NCBI GenBank assembly: GCA_009602725.1
Contig: WELB01000011.1
Span: 349,691-408,604 of the forward strand
DNA length: 58,914 bases
Reading direction: 5' to 3'
Source of the DNA: Spirogloea muscicola
Taxonomy: Eukaryota
Shown here in pieces: positions 47,562-58,914 of this stretch (its first letter is position 1; each line of letters opens with the position of its first letter). The position numbers were made by a program, and so were the translations under genes. Below the pieces are notes generated by a model. It saw only the letters and a list, made by a program, of their open reading frames with translations. It was not told where the DNA came from and made no database searches.

Positions 47562-49423
47562 ATGGACTACGAGGACGACGGGTACACGGAGAACGAGTGA
47601 GACGGGCCGCCCCAACAACCTCCTCGCTCTTCCCCACTAGCCATTCCACTCCAGTGGTTTTCATCTTCGGCTGGGCCCGTCTCGTGTACCACGTCCAGTG
47701 TCACCCTCGGTGCCTCAACCTCCGTCTCCTCGCACCGGCTGAGTCCATGGCCGCCTTCACTCCGCTAGACTACCCGTCTGTCATGCACGAGCCCATATTG
47801 ACGAGACGTTACCATTCTACACAGTGCACAAGTGTGTAGGACGGGAAACCCTAACCCCAAACCCTACCCCTAGACCCTAACCCTAAACTATACGCCTTTC
47901 ATGGGTGGTGCTCTTAGAACCCGTGCTTGGCTCGCGTGCGCTGACAGTTGGGCTCCTACTCGTGGATCCATGAAGCTTCCAGCATCCGCAGCTGCTGATC
48001 TCCTCCGGCTGTCGTGTCGCCGTGCCGCGCAGGTCCGAGGCCGCCCTTGACGTCGAGCCCGAGGCCAATGGCGAAGACGCCGAGGTGACTCGTCGCTGTC
48101 CCAGCGTGCAAGAGTTTCCGTGCGAGCTTCGCACACTCTTATGTTTGCTGCGGCTGCACCACTACTGTGGTTTTGATGTGCTGCGGTTGGCTGCCACCCC
48201 AATTAAGCAGCTGTATGAACTTCAGAAGCCTTGTTGAACGTTCAAGCTCAGCATGGAGTATGCCTGTCAAGTAGTCCTGCATGTTCAGGGCGATCCTTCT
48301 CTCCTGCACGTCCTGCGTGAGCTTGAGAGCCTCTACCGTGGCCACCTGCTTCTAACAAGCGCAGGAGGATGAGGAGGCAGCAACTGAGGGCGATGAGGAC
48401 GATCGCACGACGACATCATTCGAATATGTGAAAACACCTACGGACGAGGCATTACACATGGAGTGGACCAAGTTCATGGCAGAGGAGCCGGAAGCGCATT
48501 TGTCCACCAAGCCAAGGGTGACATCCAAGTTCATGACCAAATATGAACGCACTCGCATTTTAGGCACCAGGGCCCTTCAAATCAGGTCCATTACCAAGTC
48601 ACTCCTCTCATTGTCTTGCTACCTGACTTGCAAGGCTTGGAGTATGCAAGAGATGTTGTTGTGTTCGTATGGAAGCTACAAGAGGGGCCGTTCATCCATT
48701 TCCGTTGAATGAAGAGTTTGTGCAATGGCCTTGTATTTGTCCTCATCATCATGTCACTGGATCCACAACCAATGCAGCGAGCTGGGCAGGCAGGTCGTTG
48801 CATCGACAATATGACTTGATGACACTGAACACATTTTTGGTCACTGGCAGCATGAATGCACCAGTTATGGTGGAGCTTGATGGGGAGACTGACCCCCTCG
48901 AGGTGCGAAGAGGGCATGCATGTACTTGCATACTGTTGGCTCAAGAGCTGCATTGCTTTTAGGCCTTTCCACTTCGTAATAAAGCCAGACTCTCATGAAC
49001 AGTGCATTCTGACATCTCCTTTGCTCGTGTTTGTCATGCTTAATTAGGGTCCACATGCTCATTCAGGGTTTGATTGCACAGATTGCTCGGAAGGAACTTA
49101 GAGAGAAGAAGATTCCTTTCACGATCAGGCGGTACCTGCCGGACCGCAGGTTAGTGGCCCCAAAGCAGGTCATTGTTTAACGTCTGAGATGTAAATGGAT
49201 TGTGAAGGGACTGCGTTTGAGAAAATTCCTCAACTCAGCCAGCATTGTTCACTAAGAGTTGGTCCTCGCAATAGCACATATATGTCAGAAAGGCGTCAAT
49301 ACGAGACCCTTCAGTAAGTTGGTGCTGTGGGCATGCTCCTCATGCACCTGCAGTTACGAGGAGTGGGCAGTGAGCGAACTCATCATTGAAGATTCTTGGC
49401 GACACCAAGTGGGCCATGGCTAG
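47562..49423 (+). CDS. RPB6: DNA-directed RNA polymerase common subunit RPB6
   Basis: Exons 47562-47596, 48033-48084, 48365-48585, 48851-48902, 49082-49149, 49354-49423: acidic N-terminus, [72 protein letters not shown]. Confidence 0.96.
47846..47888 (+). repeat. Degenerate CCCTAAA (telo-box) cluster in RPB6 intron 1
   Basis: aaaccctaaccccaaaccctacccctagaccctaaccctaaac. Confidence 0.75.
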
Positions 49424-50058
49424 TGGCAGTGATCAGCAACGATGGACAAAGAGCTGTACAGCTTAGTGTCAGTAACACTACTTGCGATCATGCGAAAGAC
49501 AAGCTCATGACCTAGCCATAGCCACAGTTAGATTTTGACTGTGTACATAATCATCTCCCCATGTGAAATTGTGCACAACGTACCTTCAAATTACTGTGTG
49601 GTACGGTTTTATACGGGCGGGTTCGATACACTCAGGATGTAGCAAATGAACTGCCACGGTAACTCTGGCTGGCATCTCTGCACTTCAACCACATAGAAAG
49701 CCAAAAGCTGAGACAAACCCGCAAGAGATACTACAGATATACAAAGCAGGCAGCCTTCGCAAGGTAAATACTGCCACTAAAAGATGGTTTTAAAACATTC
49801 AAAGTAGGCTGCCTTCACACAAGGTAATGCAAACTAATGCTGCTTGCCAAGTGAGCAGTCCTTCAAATGGACTCACTGTTAATTGCAGTGACAAAATATA
49901 TCCGACATGTGCATACAGCATCTTCAGAGAGAGCTTCATCATCCACAGCCAAAAAGAGAGTCAGGACTTGCCTCAGGTGATGTGAGGGGAGCTGTGCACG
50001 AGTCTCGTTATCGAGTTCGAGACGTTCCAATTTCAGCACAGCAATGCTATGCATGACA

Positions 50059-53000
50059 TCAGTTGATGGCGTCCAGGTCCAGCCTGCTGGCAGCATCACC
50101 ATGGAAGGGCTGCAGCTTTTCGTCGGTGTACTTGGGCAGCGCCTGATAGCTGCTCCCTGCGACACTGACCATGAGCAGGGCCTCCTCGTCGTGCTGCTCA
50201 TCCAAGCAAGCCTGCTTGCTAGACACTATTGCAGACTCCTCATTGACAGCATCCTGCAGTTAGCCACCGCAAGGGCAATTGAGAGCTTCGACATCCTTGC
50301 AGACAACACTCACTTGCCTCATCGGGAACATGACAAATTGTCCATAAAATTGGAGTTGACAGAGAAAGTAAGCAAGGGCGACTACATCAGGCAAGCCTTG
50401 CTCACCTTGGTAGGAGCTGCTTCGCGATGGCAATTGTCTACAGCTCCATCTGACGTGTCCTCCCGCATACTACGACAGCTATTGAATTGGAATTCGTCCC
50501 ATAGAATCTTCAGCAAATTCTTGTTACCCCCTGGCAAAGCTTCCTCGGCCTCATGCCCAGTTGACTGTCGGGGTTCATCAAGCTGGGCCGGCACTGGCAG
50601 GATGCTGCTTGTTGGGTTTTCCTTCTTTCTGAGCTTGGCTCTTTTCTTGGCCTGAACCTGAGTGATGGCCTTGTGGCAGACTACACACAAGGTTCTGAGG
50701 TTCTCAACTCCGCACTGTCCGCCTCCTTCAGAGACGGGCAGTATGTGGTCCGCGTGCCACGCCCTCCCTTCCTCCGGGGACTCCACCAGCTTCTCTAGTC
50801 TGTCTCCAGGCAGCAGCAGTAAATCAGAATGCCAGAAGCTTTTGAAAACAAGCAACACACTCCTGCAGACATGGCAGGAATCAGCTTATAAGTACATGAT
50901 ATGGAAAAGCTTGGAGAGGAACTTTGGCTGTCTATGATGCAGGAATAGGTGTTGGGCTTACAGGTGAGGACAACTTGCAAAGGCAGGAGCCTGCTGGAGA
51001 ACAGCCTCCCTTCTAAGTACTTCGCACTTCATGCCTTTCAAGCTGACTACCAAAGAGTGGCAGTCCAAGTGGCAGAGGGAGCACACACCCCTTTCCATCT
51101 GAAAGAGCGCCTGCAAGCACCACAAGCATCCAAATTTATGTCCAAAGGGACAGGAGGAAGGCTAGATGCGGCCAAGAACTGATTGAGATCAATAGTCATA
51201 GTACTTCCTCCTCAGTCAGATGAAACGCTTTCACCGCGACCATGGTACTGCATAGATAACAATTGGTAAATTATGCCTGTTCATTCATCAGTGACATGTT
51301 GGTCCTCACCTGACGTAGGTATCTTGGACTTGTTCTGCTGAGGTACTCTACGTAGCATACCCTGCTGCAAAACAGGTCTTGAAAAGCTTGTGGAGCATAT
51401 GCCTTCTCGTCTCTGCAACGATAACAAATAGAAGCTCAGATGCCAAATTACATCCAAAAAGTCTAAGCACATTAATGTATGGATTATCATGCACTTAGAT
51501 AAACAAGAAATGAGGAGATGTGCGTACTGCTGCAGTATTGCAGCTTCATCTCAGCAACACGCTGGCTAGATGTGTGGTGCAAGAAGCAGAGCTCGGGCTT
51601 GGCTTGTCTATCTAGTGAGCTACATGCTGTATTGCTGGCAATATTTCCAGTGTACAAAGGGTATCATTGCACTGTGAGAGGCAGGTTCCAGCACTTACAG
51701 GCAGGCCTGCATGCACAGGGTGCAGAGTGGAAGCCCATCAGCCGATCTTGCCTGCCTCACCTCCCAATCGCGGCACCGTCCTAAGCCGCGTCCCTCTAAC
51801 TTGACCACCATAAGCGTTGCACCCTTGGGCAGCGCAAGCAACAGCTCCTCTTTGGGCAGAGCGCGTCTCTTGCTCCCGTTCCTGCGCAAACCCTGGCGAC
51901 ACGACTTGTATCAAAGATTAGTGGACTTGCGGGACCTTCACGAGCTTAGAATGATGTGATTACATGCATTGTAGGCATCCAACCTTGTTGTTCCTAGAGT
52001 GAGTAATCACGGAGTAAACACGGGACATGATGCTCCTGTCACCTAGCATCGCTTTAGCATCACCTTGTCTGAGACAACCACCGCCACTCTGTTGTCTTCA
52101 GAAAGCGGTGGTCGCAGCCTCTGGCCAGCCAGTTTCCTCCTCTGTATTGGCCTCAAGGCAGCCCACTCCTCCAGGAATAACTCAGCCACTCGGCAGTGCT
52201 GTGTGGAGTTCTGCAGTAGGGGTGGCAGGTCTGTGCAACCTTCAACTGCCTGATCACGCATGCAACAACGACATATGTGAGTAGTCAAGTGCTATCCCCT
52301 GACAACCTTATGGTGTCCTTGCCAGAAACAACAAGCAAAGCCTAGAAGTAGTGTTGGTCTCACGATCTTATGACATACATAACTTGAAAGCAACAACTTT
52401 AGTCAGAGTTTAAGCTGCGGACCGTGAGAGCCTCAGGACGAAAGCTATCATGAAAGTTGCCTGCAGAATCCTGGTCTGCTTGAGGTTGATCAAGGTCTAG
52501 CTCCGATGTGCTGGAAGCTCTGTCGGGCTTTCCAGAGCAATAATACACATGCACCCTCCCAGTATGGGTGCTCACCTATTACGAGTGCGGCAACAAGGAT
52601 ATTTGACTCCGAGGCATCGTAAATTCACTCATTAACACATGATGGGCTTGGATTTATTTCATGTTTTACCCTGCATAGAAGTTCTTGACCATTGGGGACC
52701 AACCTCAAATGCTAAATAGTCCAACACAAGGGCATCAGCTGTACACAAACGCTGGGGTGCTGCCTCCGCTGCAATGGCCTGAGCTTTCTGTTTGTTCGAC
52801 GAATGCTGAGCTAACGTGTTAGTGGACGCCTCGTCGACTTCTGAATGAAAGAATCTTGGGCTTGAACCTGTGCGATCTTCAACAACAGCCACCTGCACAA
52901 GCAATCATGGCACCGTTATGCTATTGCAATTTCAATTTCGGGGATACTTGCGTTTTGAAAGATCAAGGGTTGCGAGCCGTGTGACTACCGATGACACATT

Positions 53001-53792
53001 GAAACACAGCGTGTTTAATGATTTAACCAGGTGATTATAATTTAGCCCGAGCCCACCTTTACCACCACATGTGGTTTATCTAGGAAGGTCAAGATGAAGT
53101 TCCCCAGGTCAGTGTGAAAGCGCCAAACCACTAACGTGTGTATTCAGACAAAGATGATAATATCAACTGCTTAGCAGATACACAGGGTTTGGGGTGTGAA
53201 GAACAACCAACCTGTACACCTTCTGAAGCCCCTGCTGGCCCATCTAGCACTGTGCTCACCTTCTCCAGCTTTGAGCTCAAGCACTGCCATCGCATCTCGT
53301 CACTTGTGTCCTGCTCAGGACAAGACAGCGTCATTCCCTGCTGCTAGCTGCCTTTCTCCCTCATCCACGCTGATATATCTGGCCAACTCACGAGCCTAAC
53401 AGAGATCGTGATGCTTGCTGATCAGTGAGGGGGAGTTGCTCATACCTTTGCGCAGAATATATAGACATTCACGGCTGTGCGCTGGCCAAGCCGGTGGCAT
53501 CTATCCTCAGCTTGTAATAATTGACCACCCATACTAGGCAGCTCAGTGAAAACAACCGATCTGGCCGAGCTGAAGTCGAGTCCCACACCACCAGCAGTTA
53601 CTCCCACCAGCGCAACTTTGACCTGCAAGGAAACGGGAAGTTTCTTGCTCTTGTCATGCAAAGTTCTCACATTGCCCCTTTGCACACGTAGTACAATAAA
53701 GCTCACACCACAAAGGCATCTGCGTGCGCGCGCGCGCGCTTGTATGCCTGTGTGTGTGCGCGCGTTTGTGTGTGTGCACTTATGTGGTGTGT

Positions 53793-53841
<49 letters not shown>

Positions 53842-56800
53842 TGGGTTCTGCATGTGTGTATTTGTGGGTTCTGCGTGTGTGTTTGTGGGCATGTGTGTGT
53901 GTGGGTGGGTGCGTGCGTGCACGCTCGCAAGATCGTGCTGAAATCGTATGCAAGCACTATGAAGAGCGGTGGTAAGGGAAGACCTTTGGCTGATGTTGAA
54001 ATGCTTGTAGCAATTTCCTCTTATCCCAGCAATCTGTGGACCCATCTATTCGGACATGCTCAACTTTCTTCTCGTGCATAAAGCCCTGTAGCTCGTCAAG
54101 GACCTCCAGGTGGTGGCCAAAGATGACAATCTTGCCAGCATCAGAGGCCTTGGGCATCCCCAACACTTGGTCCGACACCGTCGCTTCTTCAGAGTCTTCC
54201 TCCTGTGCCATCCCTTCTATATCAGGCTCTCCCTCGATGGTGTCAAGCTGATCTGCAATCTCCTTGCCTGTTACAAAGATTGGGTGGTTTGCCAGCCACT
54301 CTTTGATGCCTTTCAGCTTCGCAATTCCTATCTCCTGATTGTTGAGCTGTGAGGCACTCTTCTTTGCCTCTTCGGAATGAGACTCTGACACAAGAAATAA
54401 ACCAAGAGGTAACTTAGGAACTATGAATGACAGAAGAGCTCTCTGACCCTCTTGTGGGCAAAGGCTGTGTCAAGGAGGATGCAGTGGATCCAAGAGAACT
54501 TCCAGCAGCACAACTAAGTCAACATTGAGCTATAAGCCTAGTCCAGTCCGAAGATATTTCCAAATTTCATCTGTTCAGCCAACATGGAATGACATGCCGT
54601 TTTGCTTGCCTGTACCTTTGCCCTGGCTCAATGCTTCCTCTCTGGAATCGTCCACCTCCACACTTCCACCAAACCTTTCACTGTCTGCATGACCGTTGGC
54701 TTTAGAAATCTTGACGGAGGAGCAGCGATGAGCCGATTGCTGCTGGTGCATCTTGGCTCTGTTGACGGCTTCTTGAATATCTGGGAAGCTCAAACTTAGG
54801 CGAATGACTTGGCGCCGCTTTGGTGGGAGTTGCGAGAGAATGTTCGCTTTCAATCGCCGAATCTGCTAGCGGGCCTCTATTTAGTGTCAGCTCCAACAAA
54901 CTTGCAGCAGCCTGCAATCTTGACTTACTGAGTGTGATGATAATCTTAAATGCTGATATACACTTTAAACTGGGTCAAGAAAGAAGCTGTTGAGGAGCTT
55001 CAGGGCCGTGCAACAAATGTAATCTGCAGTTAAAGTCAGCAGCTTGCATGTCACTGCATGTATCGGGTAATCATTGGGCGGGCCTGAAAATTACCATGAT
55101 AGTTTCTGACAGGAGCAGAAATAGTTCTCTTAGGCGTGTGCCTTGAGAGTAGTCTCTGTGTGCGGCAGCATAATCAACCCCACAGTACGCTCTTGCAAAT
55201 GCGTACTTAGAAGGGCCCAAAAGACCAGGCCAGAGGCTATCTGCTTGGCAAAAGATGTCAAAGGGTCTGGCAGCACATGGAGTCCCAGATAGGAGCACTG
55301 CCTTCTCAGTCCTCCTGACAAAATCTGCAACTGCGGACACCTGAGGAAGGCGACCATAAGCTAAGTAGTGATTTTGAAGGCCTAAATACTACATAATTCA
55401 GAATTCAGGAAGGCATGCAAGGGGCTCCTACGTAGTCTACTTCATTATAGCTTGGACAGGAAGGAAAGCGAGATACGAGTGAACGACAGGGCCACTTTGA
55501 AAGGGTACTATAGAATCTCGTTAGGAAGGCAGAAGTACCTCTTCACACTCGTACGTTTTCTTGGACGTGCGCATGTTGTGCGACTCGTCTACAATGACCA
55601 TCCCCCATTGTATGCGACTCAGTGAAGCTCTTATACGAGGTAACATGGTGTAGGAGGTCACCACAACCTTTGGCAATCGGCCCTCCGTACTATCCACGTA
55701 ATCCTTCCTCCCAAAGACTGCAAGAAGCATCACAAGAGCCTGCAGACGAGTTCCTCATACTGATCAACTACAAAGGGGACAGCTTGCTCCTCGTACACTA
55801 CATGATGTTGTCAGGAAGAAATGTATCAGCTCTACAATTTAGTCTCATTGCTTGTACACTGCAAAGAGAGGAAGAGTGCACGACACACCGAGGTGGATAT
55901 CTGTGGGGCTGAGGTACGACATCCACCGCTCAATCTCCTCAGCCCATGCCAGCCGCATGCTTGCGGGGCACACCACAAGGAGAGGTCCCAGGTCTCTGAA
56001 ACAAGTGGCCAAGGCAATTGCCTGCATTGCACCAAGTGATAGTTGGTGACACAACAGGACCCCTCTGAGTGACAGATTGACCCGCTGACAGATATCTTTG
56101 CGCGCAGTTCGCTTGACAATCAGCAGTGTGTGGCATACAGCGCAGGTCCAACTTCATCATCACATGTCAAAAGGAAGTCTATTGTCATAGCATGTCTTGT
56201 CCACTGTAAACGAACTCCATGCAGCACGCGTGCATCTGCCCAAGCTTAGTCACCAGGACCTGAATGGTCTTTCCAACCCCCATGTCGTCGGCTATGAGGC
56301 ACCGTCCCCCCCGTCGGAGCCCGAACAGGACCCCTTCTCTCTGAAATGGCATGAGGGCACCCAAGAGCTTTGTGGGCAGCTTCGTCCGCAGACATGCCTG
56401 CGCTTCAGCCTCAGATAGGTGGCCTCTCCTCAGCGGCACCCAACCAGCAGCAGCAGCTTGCGGCCGTGCAAGCCTCCACTTGAGCGCCTCCACTGTGGAG
56501 CGTGGGACCTCTTGCAACCGGATGCCAGGCATGCGCCTCAGTGCCATCACAACGGCCTCGTAGTGCTGGGTTCCAAAGACGGGCCGGGCAGAGTCGGCAC
56601 CTGCTATCGACCTGTGCGCTCGGGCCTGATGGAGTCACGCACGACGTCAAGGCTCTACTGGCAGCAGCCGACAGGCTCGTCCACCACTGGTCGTGAAGGA
56701 TGACACCTGGGTCTTAACCAGATACTTGGACAGTATGTGTCAATCCGATGCTACATTTGACCAACGTGGGACCTGGAATTGCGTTTGGGAAGATGGCTTC

Positions 56801-57032
56801 ACGAAACCGAGACACTGACCGGCAGGCTTGTGAGGAGCGCCACACGCTGGCTCGCGGCGTAGCTGGCGACAGTGAGGCAGAACTCGCCCAGCGAGCACAG
56901 CTCGGCCACCACCGTAACCATCTCCGGCGCGAGTCGGCCTGCGGCGGCGGGAGCATCGCCAGCGATCGCAGGCGCCGGGAAGCGCTCGTCGCCGGGCCCC
57001 GGAGGCTGCCTCGGGCCGGCAGCCCGCTCCAT
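50059..57032 (-). CDS. ZRANB3/SMARCAL1-like SNF2 annealing helicase with C-terminal HNH endonuclease
   Basis: LMPFQREGV..GGRCLIADDMGVGKTIQ (motif I), LLVVCPASMR, VIVDESH (II), LLSGTP (III), KIVIFGHH, VRIDGST, AGGVGLDFSSA, QAEDRCHRLGQ (VI); HNH WHADHILPVSEGGGQCGVENLRTLCVVCH; last exon ..DEEALLMVSVAGSSY..* ends at 50059. Confidence 0.92.
53720..53925 (+). repeat. Compound (GT)n/(GC)n microsatellite in an intron of the SNF2-HNH gene
   Basis: gcgcgcgc and gtgtgtgt runs with repeated tttgtgggttctgc units. Confidence 0.9.
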
Positions 57033-57394
57033 GGCCGCCGTTCCAGAAGCTCATGTGCTCCTCTGCGGCTCACTAGACGGTGTAGCCGAAGCGGACGCTG
57101 AGAATGGCGCCGAGTGCCGCGCCAGCAGGAGCCGCTGAGGCCAGGCAGGGGCGGCAGTCCGGGCGTGGCCGCGAGGGCGCCGCGGCCTCCCTCGCGCGCT
57201 GAGATTCGGATTCGGGAGCCGGCTAGCTTCGTACCGACGCCCGATTAGGAGAAAGGATCGATTAAGCATCGGGATGTGCCCCGTGCTGGGTGCTTTGAGC
57301 ATTTCCGGCCTGCTTCGGGCACCTGGCCGTTCCTTCTCATGGGCAGGCCCTCCGGCAGCCATCGCCCTTGTCGAACAGCGTCTTGGGCTGGCCT

Positions 57395-57820
57395 CTTCAT
57401 GCATGCTTTTCGTTTCCCTACAGCCATCTGCATCTCCCTCTGCACCATCTTGCACTTTGTAGTGTAGTCCTTTTTCAGCATCTCTTTCTTTGGCTTTGAA
57501 CATTGTCCATTCTTTTTGGGTTGGCTTTGCCAGCCCCTTTTCTCAATGGGCGAGCACCTTCCTACAGCGGTCCATGGCCCACGCCTTGCACCTACAAGCT
57601 GGCCGTGCTCTCGCTGCAGCCTCTGGCTTGCGTCAGGGGAATTGCTTTCCGGCTGCTGGTCTTCGGGATTCACGGCTCCTCACTCGTGCTTATTGCGCGA
57701 TTCAACCTACCCATCCATCCATCCTACCCCAGTTTTGAGCCACCGCTTTTGGCACCTCGAACCTTGTCAATTCTTTTCGGGCTGGCTATTCACAGCCCTT
57801 GCCCCCTTTGAGAGCGCCAC
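57395..57820 (+). mobile_element. Subfamily E UTR plus further ORF-end/UTR fragments
   Basis: 57421-57560 is the reverse complement of 58378-58518; LQRSMAHALHLQAGRALAAASGLRQG..LLTRAY at 57562-57693; UTR motif at 57760-57815. Confidence 0.8.
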
Positions 57821-57889
57821 TTCTTCTTATAGCCATCGCCATACATTGCAAAAAGCTTCTATTGATCAGGAAATGGGCCTTTCACCCGG

Positions 57890-58914
57890 AGAGAGATGGA
57901 AAGAGGCTCTTCCAAACGGGGTGAGGACCGCTGAAAGCCAGCCCAGAAAGCGTGGACAATGTCGAAAGGGCTAATGGTGCTTACATTACACAGCATGCCA
58001 GTGGCTCCAGCGAATGGAGGCTCAGTAACCCCGATTCCGCAGCCGCAAGGCACAGTAACTTGCTGGAAAAGAGTCACCCCGACGAGGCCCAGAAGCAGCA
58101 GCCAAAGCATGTCCTGCCCGCAAGTGCACTGGATGAGCCTGGGGACGCTGAGAGGAGATGAAGAGCTGTGTGCGGCACACTTGAGCATGCGACCCCGCGG
58201 TGTTGAAGCCGGGCAGCTCACCCTGCTGTCCTTGACAACGATTGATGGCCGGCCGTGCAAGCTGCTGCAGGAGGTCTAGCCACCGACTGCCGGACGCCCC
58301 GTGCACGTCCACAGCAGAGGCCTCCACGAAGAAGATGCAGCTCCTCCGAAGGAGAGAACGACTCTTCCAGTAGATAGAAGGTGCTCGCCCATTGAGAAGA
58401 GGGGCTGGCAAAGCCAACCCAAAAAGAATGGACAATGTTCAAGGCCAAAGAAAGAGGTGCTGAAAAAGGACTGCACGACAAAGTGCAAGACGGTGCAGAG
58501 GGAGATGCAGATGGCTGCTCAGTATCCACGTGTGAGCAACAGCAGATCAGAGTAACTCGGAGCAGGAGAAGCGGCACTCTGCCGAGACCCGGAAGCAGCA
58601 GCCATAGCACGGCCAGCCCGCGCTTGGACCGCATGAGCCAAAGAGCGCTGCAGCGAGACCGCCAGCCTCATCCAAAAGACCTGCGAGAGGGAGCCGGCAG
58701 CATTGAAGCCTGGCGAACCCTGCCGCCGCTCGATGGCCTCGCGGGCAAGCCGCTGGAGGAGATCCAACCAGCCACTGCCAAAGGCCCCGTGTACGTCAAC
58801 GGCCAGTGCCGCGAAGGCATCGCCTGGAGGGTGGTCAGAGTACTTGCGCTCCTTACTCCGAGCCGCCAGAGCGACCGCGTGCCCGACGAGCGTCGCGGAC
58901 CTTGCGGGGTTGGC
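57890..58914 (-). mobile_element. Two RLE ORF-end copies in tandem; the right one continues off the window
   Basis: 58914-58519: RSKERKYSDHPPGDAFAALAVDVHGAFG..RLAVSLQRS..PSYSDLLLLTRGY*. 58330-58022: AVDVHGASG..HLRAGHALAAASG..LRLRNRGY*. Confidence 0.85.

Noticed and set aside
53440..54081. ORFs with THTH/CVCV repeats
   Set aside because: They read through an intronic GT/GC microsatellite of the SNF2-HNH gene.

Overview
Eukaryotic, intron-rich, GC-rich nuclear DNA, most likely from a streptophyte (charophyte-grade) green alga. This is inferred from gene content and is not provable here. Eleven spliced protein genes can be reconstructed by eye: a cyanobacterial-type TIGR03492 (LpxB-related) gene running off the left edge, SF1/BBP, redox-type chloroplast FBPase, DAD1, an F-box-like gene, TRM112, a plant O-fucosyltransferase-family gene, galacturonokinase, a MASE1 hybrid histidine kinase, RPB6 and a ZRANB3-like SNF2-HNH gene. 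Two non-protein signals stand out. (1) An apparent box C/D scaRNA locus at ~33.5-34.1 kb (minus strand) carries a 13-nt guide that obeys the D+5 rule for U2 snRNA G25, plus a second clean C/D domain. (2) Intergenic DNA upstream of almost every 5' end is a dense mosaic of very short 3'-terminal fragments from many subfamilies of a CRE-like (restriction-like endonuclease, RLE) non-LTR retrotransposon. These share a conserved C-terminal SDLxLLTRGY* peptide and common 3'-UTR motifs, often occur as same-family inverted pairs, and include one 43-bp insertion with a perfect 8-bp TSD. All homology calls come from remembered family motifs, not from database searches.
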